63,996 nt of DNA, filler included, from Octopus bimaculoides (GCF_001194135.2; 7 parts of 4 records of this genome joined end to end with filler, not necessarily neighbours in it); one strand, 5' to 3'; counted from the whole stretch's first letter, positions 27,115 through 41,074 are shown. The notes: generated by a model from the sequence alone, not told the origin. A program made the numbers and translations.

Positions 27115-27502
27115 TCCTCTCTTGGCACTCCGTCGTAAGCGACGTAGAGGGTTCCAGTCGATCCGATCAACGGAACAGCCTGCTCGTGAAATTAACGTGC
27201 AAGTGGCTGAGCATTCCACAGACACGTGTACCCTTAACGTAGTTCTCGGGGATATTCAGCGTGACACAGTGTGACCAGGCTGGCCCCTTTGAAATACAGG
27301 TACAACAGAAACAGGAAGAAAGAGTGAGAGAAAGTTGTGATGGAAGAGAATGGCAGAGTTCGCCACCATTCCCTGCCGGAGCCTCGTGGAGCTTTATGTG
27401 TTTTCGCTCAATAAACACTCACAACGCCCGGTCTGGGAATCAAAACCGCGATCCTATGACGGCGAGTCCGCTAACCTAACCACTGGGCCATTGCGCCTCC
27501 TC
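27115..27502 (-). mobile_element. SINE family C, full length, 10-bp TSD, inserted into an older repeat
   Basis: Reverse complement of the 38190 element. GCATATTGGA at 27105-27114 and 27503-27512. Confidence 0.9.
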
Positions 27503-27754
27503 GCATATTGGACAATATAATCCTAAATACATAATGTTAGGACGAGATCGGTGTAGATGAAATACATTTCATCATTGATTCTTTTTTCAGTTTGGGTTTA
27601 ACTGTGATGTAACAAGAAATAATCATTACCGGTGTAAACAGATGCTAAATTATTTTAGTAATCAACTGTGAATTATAAGTTAAATGCAAAACGTAATGAA
27701 AGACAATTCATATCAATACTGAAATTTCAACCACCTTTCGTGGTTCACAACAGC

Positions 27755-28935
27755 TTCATTATAGGATCTAGTGGCTAAACACATCACCAAGAGGAGCCAC
27801 GTCTGGTTTCGACTCCTACTCCTCTACCATTTTCGGCGTGACGGCCCCCACCTCATTCAGAGGTGTCTTCAGCTCTGGTTTTGAGTGCGTTTTTTTTATC
27901 TTTCTCCTTTTTTCTTTAGTCTTTTGTTTTTTGGTTTCTTCGATGCAGCGTCAACAAATGACAACGGGCGAATGACCATCCTGCCAATTTTCCCTTTAAA
28001 TACTCGCCAGTAGGCTCCAGCAATCAGCACCAGCTAACTGTCACGTGACACTATCTAAGCTTCAACTGACCAATGGACGTGTAGTTTTGGCCCGAATCCT
28101 CTCTAAACCTACCTTCCAAAAGCGTCGTGTTAGCATCAGTTGCAGCAGCCAGAGACAACCAGCTGTTTGGTGGTACAAGCCATCGAACCAGGAGGTAGGC
28201 GCGCAATGAACAAGATAGCACCGTTGGCCCACCTGTCAATCAGCAATTCTGCGTAAGGACTAGCCACCTTCATCTAGCGACGCTATTTCCAGTCGACACG
28301 TTATGGCTTTCGAACCATTTTGGATCTTCTCATTTCAGCCATATATAGAAACTGGCTTTTTCGACTGCCTTATCTTTCTCAGCTCTGAGCTCCAAAATGC
28401 AAACATTCTTTTAAATAACGTTGCCATTTTACTTTCAATGAAGCGTCTAGCCCCCACTGCAAAGTGGTAATACTCGACAGTCCATCCCTAAACTCTACAC
28501 TCTTAGATCAATCACTCATACCTCTTCTCATACCGATGCTCTCCAATAGCGATCTTCTCTTCCCATGGCACTGTTACCTCTAGCAAAATTCCAATTTTCT
28601 GTTCGGTGTTTCATAGGATTAAGTCCGGTCCTTTTGCTGTTTTTATGACTGGAAATATTAACAGTCTTTCCAAATCCGCAGTCAACTCCTAGTATCCCTT
28701 CCACATTTCGTCAGTCTCGTATACTTTATTTGAAGGCCTGGTCTTATGTACTTACCCCTTCTTCAGGAAGTATATACTTCCACGCTTTGCCACTTTTGGG
28801 TACACTGCCCTATTACATCCCTCGATATTCTCCTTGAGCGCAGCGCTTTTGACACCAAGGTCTTGATTGTAACGCCATGTATATCTGTCTAGGGCTAGCT
28901 TGCGATTTGACAGAACATGTCTCATCGTCGCTTTA
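27755..28935 (-). mobile_element. 3' part of an RLE-type non-LTR retrotransposon (HERO/NeSL-like) with long 3' UTR
   Basis: Minus translation gives TMRHVLSNRKLALDRYTWRYNQ (Zn-knuckle remnant), GPDLIL*NTEQKIGILLEVTVPWEE (PD..E-type nuclease) and GWTVEYYHFAVGARRFI. Confidence 0.75.
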
Positions 28936-31900
28936 CTTAGAAAATAGTGAAAATAAGTGAATAGGTACTTGACACTAGATAGAAGCAGACTTTATTAATA
29001 GAATCATATAAATCTATCTTTACTGTTTTATGTCTCCTGGTATAAAATAATTCACTTCCTTTTTCATATATACACACACATGCAAGCAAACTAAGCACAA
29101 ACACAGAAACACACGACAAATTCAAACACGTATTACATATATATATGTATATATATATGTATGTGAGTGCGTGTATGCACGCGCGCGCGTGTGTGTATGT
29201 GTGTGTCTTTTATTTATTAACATATATAAAACGTGTCCAACTGTTTTACATTTATACTTTTATAGACGTTACATGAATTCTAAATGAACTAAATATTAAC
29301 ATGAGAAAGAAATCCTTTGATATAAAATGAATTTGTTCTCTACATCAAATTAAAAGTAACTATGTCAGTCCAATACAGATAGATGGTAGAATCTATCAAA
29401 TATTCTATTTGCTGTTTTCAAATAACCTTGTGAAAAAGCTTAAAAAACTGGGTAAAACCAGATAAACTTGAAGGTGTGGAATTTTGACGCTAGTGTTAGC
29501 GTAATATAGTTTATCAATAATAGAATAGTGAATATTCAATCTGTCTGCAAAGACAATTACAGAGAGACAGAAATTGACATTTGAAATTTGCAACATTGTC
29601 GAAACTAAAGACATGACTGTACACTGAACTACATCTAATACAATAATCGTACCGTCTTAAAATATTCAGTCGCGAAAATAGCTTTCATATTTCATCTCGG
29701 TGATATGCAAGGAAGAAAAAAATAATAAATCGATTAAATGGATCAGTCTATTTCAGAAGCTTTTGTGAATGTATATGGTCAATTCTAAACATGGCTTCTG
29801 TGCATTAAACTAGACACCCACACCCATTCATGCGCACAAACACATACACAAATAAATATATAAATATATANNNNNNNNNNNNNNNNNNNNNNNNNNNNNN
29901 NNNNNNNNNNNNNNNNNNNNNNNNNNNNNNNNNNNNNNNNNNNNNNNNNNNNNNNNNNNNNNNNNNNNNNNNNNNNNNNNNNNNNNNNNNNNNNNNNNNN
30001 NNNNNNNNNNNNNNNNNNNNNNNNNNNCTGAAGCGATTCAAAAAGATTAGTTTTTTAAACCTGATCACCAATCTTTACAAATATAACAATTCCAATGCAT
30101 CTCAATAGAAATATCCGACACGATAAAGATTAAATTAATTTTATCTATTTATATTTTTGCCGCTAAATATAGAACTTTACTGAACTGTCTTTGTCTGCAA
30201 ATTGAAATCTTGACTAAATGTATTTTGAATAAGTCATCATCTTTGTTAGTACAACATGCTTCCAATCAATAAAGAGAAAGCATTAAATATTAATATATTT
30301 CGCAAGGGAATCATTGAAACAATTGAAGTATAATTTACACCTGGAGTGGAAAACGAATCTTTGCCATAGAGATGTCAGTCTTGTATCATCAATGCATAGC
30401 TTTTGTTCTTAGATGACTGTAAGTTAACACTGTCTTACAATCGTTAGACTGTTATGTCTTTTCTGGTTTCCCAGATTATGAAGTAAAATTTCCTCAGTCA
30501 GCATTCATTGATTTTCTAAGTTGAAAATAAATCACCATTCATGTACCAAAATGAACTCTTTTTCTCAGAATAGATGTAACGGTCATGATGGAATCTTACG
30601 TTAAAGGTATATGCGCTGAAAGTTCTTTGAGAAGCACGTATTTCTTGCCCATAAAGTTCCTAGGAATCGTCCCTAACCGGCGTCTCTTGCACTCACCATA
30701 CACACACACACACACGCACACACACACACACACGCACACATACATACACACACATGCATATACATATACTTACATTCATGTTTATATGCACGCATGTATT
30801 ATTAAGCTCTTCGTTTTACATTATTTTGAATCAGCTCCATTCTCACTGTGGCAAAGCCTTTCCAAATGTCTTTTTCTATAGGGTTGAATTAAACACCTCT
30901 TCCTTTGAGGGTTTTAGGTGCAACACATCAACACCTTTAACACTTCTCCCTTGTTGTAAATATCAGAACTAAGAGTAATTTACTAAAAATGACTTCCGCC
31001 TCTCAGTTTCATCTCAAAGTCCTTGTGAAAAGGATCTTAATGCCATTAGCTGAGGAGGTCCCAGAATATATCATAACTAAATGCCTGCCAAAATACTTTG
31101 AAATACTTATCTAATAAATTAAGGAATTCAAAGACACCAATTCATTGCCTGAATCCTCAGAGAATTATTCAGAATGCTTTACTTAATTTAGTAAGGACTT
31201 TTTACATCTACAGTTTAAATCCTACCAAAATCAATTTATTGCATCATCAGGCTGGGCTGGTTAAATAAAGAATATTTTAAATACTAGTGTCGAAATAATC
31301 GACTACACACCTACCCACTCGAAAAACATGTCCTCGTGAAAATGTTAGAAACAAATAGTTTTACACTTTTTGTTCCGAGTTTGAATACTAAAAACGTTCA
31401 TTTTATTTAGCAATTGAAGTTGAAAACAGCGTTATTATTCTAAACAAAATTCTATCGTGTGAGTACGTAAGTGTGTTTGATAGTCTGTGAGTAATTTAAG
31501 CATGTATCTTGGAAGCTAAGGAGATAGAATAGCAACAACAGTCTCGGTATACACATTATTGAGAATAACTGTACAAAAGATTTGATTATAACTTTAAAGT
31601 TAATGGCTGTAGTCACATGCTTATTTACGCAAAGAGAGCTGAGAAAAAAAATTAGCATTATTAAAATAAATGAGGTGCAGAAAAAGAGTTGAAAAAATGT
31701 AAGAGATAAAAAATAAATTCACTAAACTTCAATGCAAATAGGTGATGGAGTTGAGATGAAAATAACTTTGTATTTGGTAGAACGCTTTCTTAACATTGTA
31801 ACAGCATATTTATTATAATCCGGAGTTATAAATTTTCAACAAAATATATTAAACTAGAATCACACAAGCGATAACTTAAGTGTTTGGTTCTTCTGTTTTC

Positions 31901-32261
31901 TTTATTTCTTTCGTCATGTCTCAGGTTTATTTCTTTTCTGCCTGCTTTGCCCCCACTCTCGTTAGTCACTATCGCTAAATTATATTAAAACTTTGAAAAT
32001 GATTAATTTTCGAGCGTTTATTTTCAGTAGTTTGTATCTTTAAGAATTCTCTTCAACACCAACAGATTGCATGTGTAATATCCCCGACCAACAAGGAGAT
32101 TCGTTTGAGTACATTAATTGCATACATCCGTTAATATTCATCAAACTATAAGTCTTCTAACATATTTTATTCTTAAACTGTTTTAAATAAATTATAGAAT
32201 ATTTTAAAAACCATCACTAACAATGTCACAAATATATTACTAATCAATATAGATTATGGAA

Positions 32262-32488
32262 GGGCGGTGAGCTGACAGAATCGTTAGCACGCCGGACGAA
32301 ATGCTTCGGGGTATTTCGTCTGCTGTTACGTTCAGAGTTCAAATTCCGCTGAGGTCGTCTTTGCCTTTCATCCTTTCCAGGTCGAGTAAATAGGTGCCAA
32401 TTACGCAATGGAGTCGATATAATATATTTATCACTTTGTCCTTGTTTGTGCCTTAGGTGTTTAGCTCCCTGTGGGCAATGAAGAAATA
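32262..32488 (+). mobile_element. SINE family A with 16-bp TSD
   Basis: Same body as 7339. AATATAGATTATGGAA at 32246-32261 and 32489-32504. Confidence 0.9.
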
Positions 32489-32774
32489 AATATAGATTAT
32501 GGAAATGATTGTTGTTTTTACTGTTTCTTCCTACTACCACTCAGTCCTGATCGAACAGACCCGTAATATTAGCACGCTATACGATTTTCAAGCAAAGTCC
32601 CTTTTCTTGCAAGAAGACAACATTGTAATGTGAAGGATATTCGGTAGTATTTCTAATAAGCTAACAGTCCTAGAAGTTATACACTTAGTTCATTATAAAA
32701 ACGTCGGGCTAGTTGAGAATCGCACTATGTAACTATATGTATATAACAATACGTTTGTCGTCTGAGCGTCTATA

Positions 32775-33185
32775 TTTAAACCTTGGAGTTTTAGTATTAG
32801 ATAAATGTAAACTTATTTTATCTACTCGGAAAGGATGAAAAAGCAAAATCGACTTCAGCGGAATTTGAACTCACATCGTAAAGAGGGACGAAATGCGGCT
32901 AAGCTTTTAACCCGGCATGCTAACGTTTTGCCAGGTCGCAGTCTTATCTAAATAAGATACTTTAATATTACTTATTGAGATAGGGTGGTGTGCTGACAGG
33001 ATCATTACCGCAACGAGCAAATGCTTAGCAGCATTTCGCCCGTCTTTATGTTCTGAGTTCAAATTCCGCCGAGGTTGACTTTACCTTTCATCTTTTCAAG
33101 GTCGATAAATGTATTATCTCTTAAACGCTGGTTCAATGCAATCGACTTACCTGTAAATGGTAGATTTGTGCCAAAATTGGAAACC
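32775..33185. mobile_element. Two degenerate SINE family A copies head-to-head (32775-32945 minus, 32982-33185 plus)
   Basis: GGAATTTGAACTC on the left (reverse-complemented B box) and GAGTTCAAATTCCGCCGAGG on the right. Confidence 0.7.
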
Positions 33186-35503
33186 AATATTAAAATACAA
33201 AAGTTATATTTACTACAGAAATACATCATCCTGAAACTACGTTGACATATAGTATCTTCTTTCTTTAAAATTTACTTACTTATTTAGAAATACTGGTGTC
33301 ATTAAAACATTTATAAATATCATCGATATATTTGTTACGGGTGGGTATTCCTTGTTAGAAATAGTTTTATGAATGTTTAGCACCATTTCAGTCATCATCA
33401 GGGAAGCATCGAATGTGTTTCAGCCATTATCATTCCAATAACCTTCTGTTTGTTTTTCTTTTCCTCCTAGCTAGTATATCTTGAATTACATAATTATATA
33501 TGCCTTTCTTTATGAAAGACGATAATCTAGCATATGTAGAAGCTTGGCTGATATGTCTAGCAGGTCGGAAAATTGCACAGATTCTGTCTTTAGAACTAAA
33601 TAGCCCTTTATTAAAGTTACTTTATATAAGTTCTTTCCACATGTTTGTCAATGTAGCACTTTGCATTATTTTTCATACGTTTCAAATATCAATCAGAGTC
33701 TATGGAGAGACCATTTCAAACGCCGAGCCGATTGATATGTTTCTGCTCATCAGCATTATGGTCTTCACCTTCTCTCAAACTTTTGTAATTTTAATCGTTT
33801 CTTCTCTGTAAAGATAAATTGCTTAAGTCACTAACTTATCTGATCGTAGTCATGGAACTCAATACATTTTAACGAAAAAAAGCTTCGAGCGTAAAATTTC
33901 TATTGCAACAGACATGTGCGGAAAAAAAGCAATTTCGAATTTTTAGCGAAGGGTGTCTGAAGGTTATCACTTAGACTACTGATCGATCAATCTATAGAAG
34001 TACGCAGTTGCATTTCAGATGTCTCGATTTGAGTCAACAGGTGTGCATAATTAATATGTTACTTCTCAGGTGTAAATATGGCTCCAAATAGCGTGTTGAA
34101 AGTGACTGCACTGAATATGTTATATTATTTAGTTGTATACATGAAACGTCATGCTTTATTTGTCATGGAAATTTATTGTTTTTCACTCCAGGTTATACTA
34201 CGCGACATAATATATATTTTCTGCAACCCCTTATTGTATTGTCAAAACAAAAGTAAGAAAAACGAAAAAATACAGCACTGCCAATACATCAATAATTTTC
34301 AGGTGGTCTACAGCATTTTGCATACGAAGAAGAAACTGCCTAACAAACCAATCTCAACACTCTTTAAATATGAATATACGAGTCGTTTACTTGTAGCATC
34401 ATGTAATATATTAAATTGGATTTGAGTGGTCTCTTCTTTAATCGCTGACTAAAATCGATCCGATACCCCCCAATCTTTCAGAAGGTTTCGCTCACCTGGC
34501 TTTAAAATCTACCTGAGTGATATGTTCAGCTTGTACATAAAGGAAATTATGCAGCATCTTAATAACCTACTTCGGAAAAATCATTCATAGCTAGCACCGC
34601 GATTTGTATTATCCCTGCTCTAAATAAAAAGTATCGTACTAACTTTCCTTTTGATTTACAATACATTTATCACTGCGACAGTTTTCCTTGCATAAATTAT
34701 GTTAATCTCCGCGTCATTGGAACACTCCCGCTAACCCAAGGCTCGTACTTAACAGTCTTGCAGATAAATTTACTTTGACCCAATGCTTCAACAACAAATT
34801 GAAACTTAATATCGAAGCAAAATTTTGCCGAACCAGCAAATAGATATCTGATCTCTACACATCTTCCACCATCTTTACCAGTGATACTAGTGAAACTGCA
34901 CTACAAAATTTACTACTAATCACACTTATACATTTGCTACACATGAAATCATTCTAATACTTACTAGATTTACTTTCTTTCAACTTCAGCATTCTGTAGA
35001 AAAACATTCTTAAAAGCTAATACCAATTGAGATTTCGTCCCATTTTCATTTGAATTTGTTGTCTATATTCATAGGGCATGTATTTACCTTTTGCTTGGAG
35101 TGAAGATTATTCTAGTAAATAATTTATCTTGTACCTTATTTGCAATGTTTCTGCGATTCAGTTCAGGCATGAGAAAATGAATGTATTTTCATTGTCACAC
35201 TTTGAAATTAACTCTGATATCTTTAAATTGGCAACCTATGTAAATAAAGTAACTCTTATTGATACAGTGAGAACAGTAATCTAAGCAGAGGTGTATTTGA
35301 AGATGAAGCCCTGGTCTATTGAGATATCTTAAAATTGTGAATGATTTTTCGTTATACGGTATAATTACATTCTCGAAGACAAGAATGCTTTGGGTTGAGA
35401 GAAAACAAACAATATTCCGAATGTCCAGATCTTGGTGTGAAACAGCACCCTGGACTGGAGATTTAAGGTAAGATGTAACAGTAAATATATATCTGAGTAT
35501 GTC

Positions 35504-35541
<38 letters not shown>

Positions 35542-35583
35542 NNNNNNNNNNNNNNNNNNNNNNNNNNNNNNNNNNNNNNNNNN

Positions 35584-35624
<41 letters not shown>

Positions 35625-36448
35625 TTGCGTATATGTAGATACGTCGAGGGGGGTTGTATATGTATTAGCGTAAGTAATGGTATGCGCATAATTACAACAG
35701 AATCTACAATTAAAATATATATTTCAATCGAAGCACTATATAGAATGAATGTTGTTTATTCTTACGATTTGCAAAACACTTCAGCCGACGGCAACGTTTT
35801 ATAGAGGATGTATTGAGTAAAGAAATGTACATTTCTCAATGCATTGTAATAATGATCATGCCGTGGGGCTGAAAGATTTTGCAACTCATAAGAATAAACA
35901 ATATTAATTATTTGTGCTTTTATGAATATATACCCTTGCCTGCTAACTTTGTATTTCATGTATATAAATTGTAACTCCCCCCTCTCTCTCTCTCGGTAGG
36001 TGGGGGTTCCCATGTGATTGTATGTATAAACATTTGTTTATATGTTCTATGCATTCTAAAACTATGTAGACATTCAATTTCTCCCCTTGGCTTATGCAGA
36101 CATTTTTTTTTTTGAATTAACATTTGTCAATGTATGTACACTAAGAGCGAGTGCATGCGTGTATTGTGTGCATACTTGAAAGACCAGAGGTTATATTGAA
36201 ATATGTTCTTTTAATTAGCTATTTGTTAGAGATACACGAGCGTCAATGTGTGTGTAATAGTGTACTAGTGTGTATAGAAGTGCCTGCATGTGTATATATG
36301 TGCTTAAGTTTGCTATTTATATNNNNNNNNNNNNNNNNNNNNNNNNNNNNNNNNNNNNNNNNNNNNTTAATTAATTAANNNNNNNNNNNNNNNNNNNNNN
36401 NNNNNNNNNNNNNNNNNNNNNNTATACGGAGAGAGAGAGAGAGAGAGG

Positions 36449-36532
<84 letters not shown>

Positions 36533-37134
36533 TACATATTCCTCTCTCTCTCTCTCTCTCTCTCTCTGTATATATATATATATAACTGTTCTGTTACAGT
36601 TAGGATTTTAAAAAACGTACTCCATCCAGTGAGAGGCATGTGCACATTAGAACATTATACTAATTTATCCTCGTTTTCAACACCCTGTTCAATAACAAAC
36701 ACTACACTATTCGAGTTATTTCGTTTATTGAAGATTCTCATCTTTACATATTTGTTTCTCAAAATCGAACGCTGAATCACCACTGCAAGACTTGTGGGCC
36801 AAAACCTTTCCCATCACGCAAGAAATAAACATGTTTTTCATGTCTTTCTTGATGTTGTATCCATTAACGAGGAGGCAATCCTTATCCCCTGCAATAATTC
36901 AAAACAGAAATGTAATCACTGTTATGTTATTATAAAAGCATGATACATATCAAGGAGCGCTGTACGAAATCGATTACGGTTTTTTTCCCCCCGTCCCTAA
37001 TTATTTTGAGATTTATTGTGGGAGATGGGAAAAAAAGTGATGAGTGGATGATATGTGTCTGAATGGTGTATATGTGTGTGTGGTGCGAAGTATGAGACCA
37101 ACCAGCTCCGAGAAACCAGAGACTATTTATATGT

Positions 37135-37511
37135 TGTTGTTTGGCACTCCGTCGCTTAAAACGTCGAGGGTTCCAGTTGATCCGATCAACGGAACAGCCT
37201 GCTCGTGAAATTAACGTACAAGTGGCTGAGTGCTCCATAGACACATGTACCTTTAACGTAGTTCTCGGGGATATTCAGCGTGACATAGAGTGACAAGGCT
37301 GGACCTTTGAATTACAGGCACAGCAGAAACAGGAAGTAAGAGTGAGAGAAAGTTGTGGTGAAAGAGTACAGCAGGGTTCGCCACCATCCCCTGCCGGAGC
37401 CTCGTGGGGCTTTAGGTGTTTTCGCTCAATAAACACTCACATTCTGGGAATCGAAACCGCGATCCTATGACCGCGAGTCCGCTGCCCTAACCACTGGGCC
37501 ATTGCTCCTCC
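37135..37511 (-). mobile_element. SINE family C
   Basis: Reverse complement of the 38190 element with a short internal deletion. Confidence 0.9.
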
Positions 37512-37753
37512 ACCTGATTTAAGTATGAAACACCGATTCATNNNNNNNNNNNNNNNNNNNNNNNNNNNNNNNNNNNNNNNNNNNNNNNNNNNNNNNNNNN
37601 NNNNNNNNNNNNNNNNNNNNNNNNNNNNNNNNNNNNNNNNNNNNNNNNNNNNNNNNNNNNNNNNNNNNNNNNNNNNNNNNNNNNNNNNNNNNNNNNNNNN
37701 NNNNNNNNNNNNNNNNNNNNNNNNNNNNNNNNNNNNNNNNNNNNNNNNNNNNN

Positions 37754-38135
37754 TAGTTTGCTTACCAACCACATGGTTCTGGGTTCAGTCCCACTGCGTG
37801 GCACCTTGGGCAAGTGTCTTCTACTATAGCCTCAGGCAGACCAAAGACTTGTGAGTGGATTTGGTAGACGGAAACTGAAAGACGCCCGTCGTATATATGT
37901 ATATATATATATATGTATGTGCATGTGTTTGTGTGTCTGTGTTTGTCCCCCCAACCATCGCATGACAACCGATGCTGGTGTGTTTACGTCCCCGTAACTT
38001 AGCGGTTCGACAAAAGAGACCGATAGAATAAGTACTAGGCTTACAAAGAATAAGTCCAGGGGTCGATTTGCTCGACTGAAGGCCGTGCTCCAGCATGGCC
38101 GCAGTCAAATGACTGGAACAAGTAAAAGAGTAAAG
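37754..38135 (+). mobile_element. SINE family B, well preserved
   Basis: Same modules with internal (TA)n. Ends CAGCATGGCCGCAGTCAAATGACTGGAACAAGTAAAAGAG. Confidence 0.9.
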
Positions 38136-38189
38136 TGTAAAGAGAGAGTTGCTCCTGGTTCTATATCATGTTGTTATTGTCGCTGCTGT

Positions 38190-38573
38190 GGAGGCGCAAT
38201 GGCCCAGTGGTTAGGGCAGAGGACTCGCGGTCATAGGATCACGGTTTCGATTCTCAGGCCGGGCGTTGTGAGTGTTTATTGAGCGAAAACACCCAAAGCT
38301 CCACAAGGCTCCGGCAGGGGATTGTGGTAAACCCTGCTATACTCTTTCACCACAACTTTCTCTCACTCTTTCTTCCTGTTTCTGTTATACTTGTATTTCA
38401 AAGGGCCAGCCTTGTCACACTGTGTCACGCTGAATATCCCCGAGTACTACGTTATGGGTACACGTGTCTGCGGAATGCTCAGCCACTTGCACGCTAATTT
38501 CACGAGCAGGCTGTTCCGTTGATCGGATCGACTGGAACCCTCGACGTCGTAAGCGACGGAGTACTAACAACAA
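38190..38573 (+). mobile_element. tRNA(Arg)-like SINE family C, full length, 14-bp TSD
   Basis: GGAGGCGCAATGGCCCAGTGGTTAGGGC (A box), GGTTTCGATTCTC (B box), (AAC)n tail. ATTGTCGCTGCTGT at 38176-38189 and 38573-38586. Confidence 0.92.
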
Positions 38574-38929
38574 TTGTCGCTGCTGTCGTAGATAGCTTTT
38601 AACGATGATGCTGCTATTTTTGTTACTTTCGTACTTGTTTTATTGCTCTGGTTTATGCATTTGTCGCTCTTTCTGCTCTAATATCTCATGTTTTAGCTGT
38701 TGTTGTTGTTGTTGTTGTCCATTTGACTAATATTTAGCAACATTTCTTTTGTTAGGTAAAGTTCTTTGTGGATTACTTAGTAGGTGTCTACCGCACACTA
38801 CGTCATTGTTGTGACTATTTATTTTTATTTTCCTGTCTCTGTTGTTATTTCTTACCCAGCTGTTGCGGCTGCAGTTATTCTGGTTTCAGCTCTTGAATAC
38901 GTTTGTTGTTGCTGTAACTGCGAGGTTAA

Positions 38930-39239
38930 TTGTTGGCACTCCGTCGCTTACGACGTCGAGGGCTCCAGTTGATCCGATCGACGGAACAGCCTGCTCGTGA
39001 AATTAACGTGCAAGTGGTTGAGCACTCCACAGACACGTGTACCCTTAACGTAGTTCTCGGGGATATTCAGCGTGACACAATGTGACAAGGCTGACCCTTT
39101 AAATTAGAGGCACAACAGAAACAGGAAGTAAGAGTGAGAGAAAGTTGTGGTGAAAGAGTACAGCAGGGTTCGCCACCATCCCCTGTCGGAGCCTCGCGGA
39201 GCTTTTTTAGGTGTTTTCGCTCAATAAACACTCACAACG
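38930..39239 (-). mobile_element. SINE family C (head lost in the gap)
   Basis: TTGTTGGCACTCCGTCGCTTACGACGTCGAGG...ACACTCACAACG. Confidence 0.9.
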
Positions 39240-39639
39240 NNNNNNNNNNNNNNNNNNNNNNNNNNNNNNNNNNNNNNNNNNNNNNNNNNNNNNNNNNNNN
39301 NNNNNNNNNNNNNNNNNNNNNNNNNNNNNNNNNNNNNNNNNNNNNNNNNNNNNNNNNNNNNNNNNNNNNNNNNNNNNNNNNNNNNNNNNNNNNNNNNNNN
39401 NNNNNNNNNNNNNNNNNNNNNNNNNNNNNNNNNNNNNNNNNNNNNNNNNNNNNNNNNNNNNNNNNNNNNNNNNNNNNNNNNNNNNNNNNNNNNNNNNNNN
39501 NNNNNNNNNNNNNNNNNNNNNNNNNNNNNNNNNNNNNNNNNNNNNNNNNNNNNNNNNNNNNNNNNNNNNNNNNNNNNNNNNNNNNNNNNNNNNNNNNNNN
39601 NNNNNNNNNNNNNNNNNNNNNNNNNNNNNNNNNNNNNNN

Positions 39640-40140
39640 AAAATCACTCAGTTGGTTGGTCCTACCGCATGTATAGCATTTGCAATTTCCGTGTTCGTTC
39701 GACTACTATTCACATCTGTTCACGGTTTTCAACGAGAAAATTTCAGGCTTCTTATCAAGATCTACATTTTCCAATCAGAACCAAAAGGTATACCTAAGCA
39801 TACTCTCCGTTCCTTGCGACTCTTGTGGAAACTGTTAACAAATACATTGGCGAATAAGAGGTGTACATATCTAGAGGAACACAAAGCTTCTCTTTAAAGA
39901 ACAGGAATGGCGCTGGAGAGAGTCAAAGGGGTCAAAGGACAAACTATTAACCAACAGGAAAATCCGTCGTTAGGTAAAACCCCGGAATAAGCGAATAGAC
40001 GAAGGTTGTTCTTGGGAATATAAACAGAAGAAGAAATCGTGGGCAATCTACAGGAAGATGTTGACAGATTGTATTCCAGTACAAAAGATAGGGAAAGGAT
40101 ATCCATAAGGATAGAAAACTGTGTGGAAGTAGAAATAGAG
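39640..40140 (+). mobile_element. Possible highly decayed LINE RT fragment
   Basis: Purine-rich, coding-like segment with fragmentary RT-like peptides (HGFQREN, LQEDVDRL). No intact catalytic motif. Confidence 0.3.
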
Positions 40141-40315
40141 AGATGAAGACATTTTATCTATCAATCTATATATATATCTTTTACTCTTTTACTTGTTTCA
40201 GTCATTTGACTGCGGNNNNNNNNNNNNNNNNNNNNNNNNNNNNNNNNNNNNNNNNNNNNNNNNNNNNNNNNNNNNNNNNNNNNNNNNNNNNNNNNNNNNN
40301 NNNNNNNNNNNNNNN

Positions 40316-40360
<45 letters not shown>

Positions 40361-40943
40361 CTGTATTAGTCCTTTAGAACAGTAACTGTCTTAATTCCAT
40401 TATCGTTTCGAGACGTTCTCAGTTTTATCTTAAAGAATTGGTGATAGAGGCGTTGTTGTTGTTATGTTTTTGTAGAAGCGTTCGTACTAATGATGTTACA
40501 ACAGATAAAATAATCAACAGATTTAAAATTTCTTTAACTGGTAACTCCACAATAGTTTTATAGTTTATCATTTTACGTTGTTGGTTTTTTTTCCTTCTTT
40601 TTTTTTTAGCTTGTATTTTACTATTCAGAAACTTTCTTTGGCTAATCTTTGTGTTCTTGCGTGTGTGAAATTCTTAATAGAATAACTTATATAAGAAATT
40701 CCGTATCTGAGAAATGAATTATTTTTTCTCGATTTAAGGGTAATCACGAAGAAAAATTATAGGAGAGAAAGAAGGAGAAAAAAAAGACATCAACGAAGTT
40801 AATGTATTACGCCGTAACGAAAAGGCATAAATATCGATGTTTTGGACAATTTGTTTTTTGTCAAAATTCGTAGAAAGAAGACAAAATTTAAAAGAAGATA
40901 ATTGGAAAGAAAGGTGTGTTACCAAACCAGGATAGTAAACAAT

Positions 40944-41061
40944 TTTTACGACCATATCACGTTGAAAGCAACTGTTCTCGTCCGATCAGCGAAGTTAAGC
41001 AACGTCGAGCCTAGTGAGTACTTAGATGGGTGACCATTTGGGAAACCTAGGTGCTGTAAGT
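40944..41061 (+). pseudogene. 5S rRNA pseudogene
   Basis: Full-length match to metazoan 5S (…ACGACCATATCACGTTGAAAGCA…TCTCGTCCGATCAGCGAAGTTAAGCAACGTCG…AGTACTTAGATGGGTGACC…GTGCTGTA). Box A and C are recognisable but there are many substitutions. Solitary copy. Confidence 0.88.
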
Positions 41062-41074
41062 GTCTCGCACTTTT

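Noticed and set aside
27420-27500. tRNA gene calls at SINE heads (also 37440-37511 and 38190-38265)
   Set aside because: They are embedded in ~380-bp repeats with TSDs and tails, so they are SINE promoters rather than tRNA genes.
27790-27885. Minus-strand CTGAAGA...GAAACCAGACGTGG in the RLE LINE 3' UTR as a hammerhead
   Set aside because: Stem II cannot close next to the core and stem III needs a bulge. Kept only as UTR hairpins.
33380-33410. Minus-strand CTGATGA-TGACT-GAAA
   Set aside because: Only 5 nt lie between the core halves, with no stem I or III complementarity.
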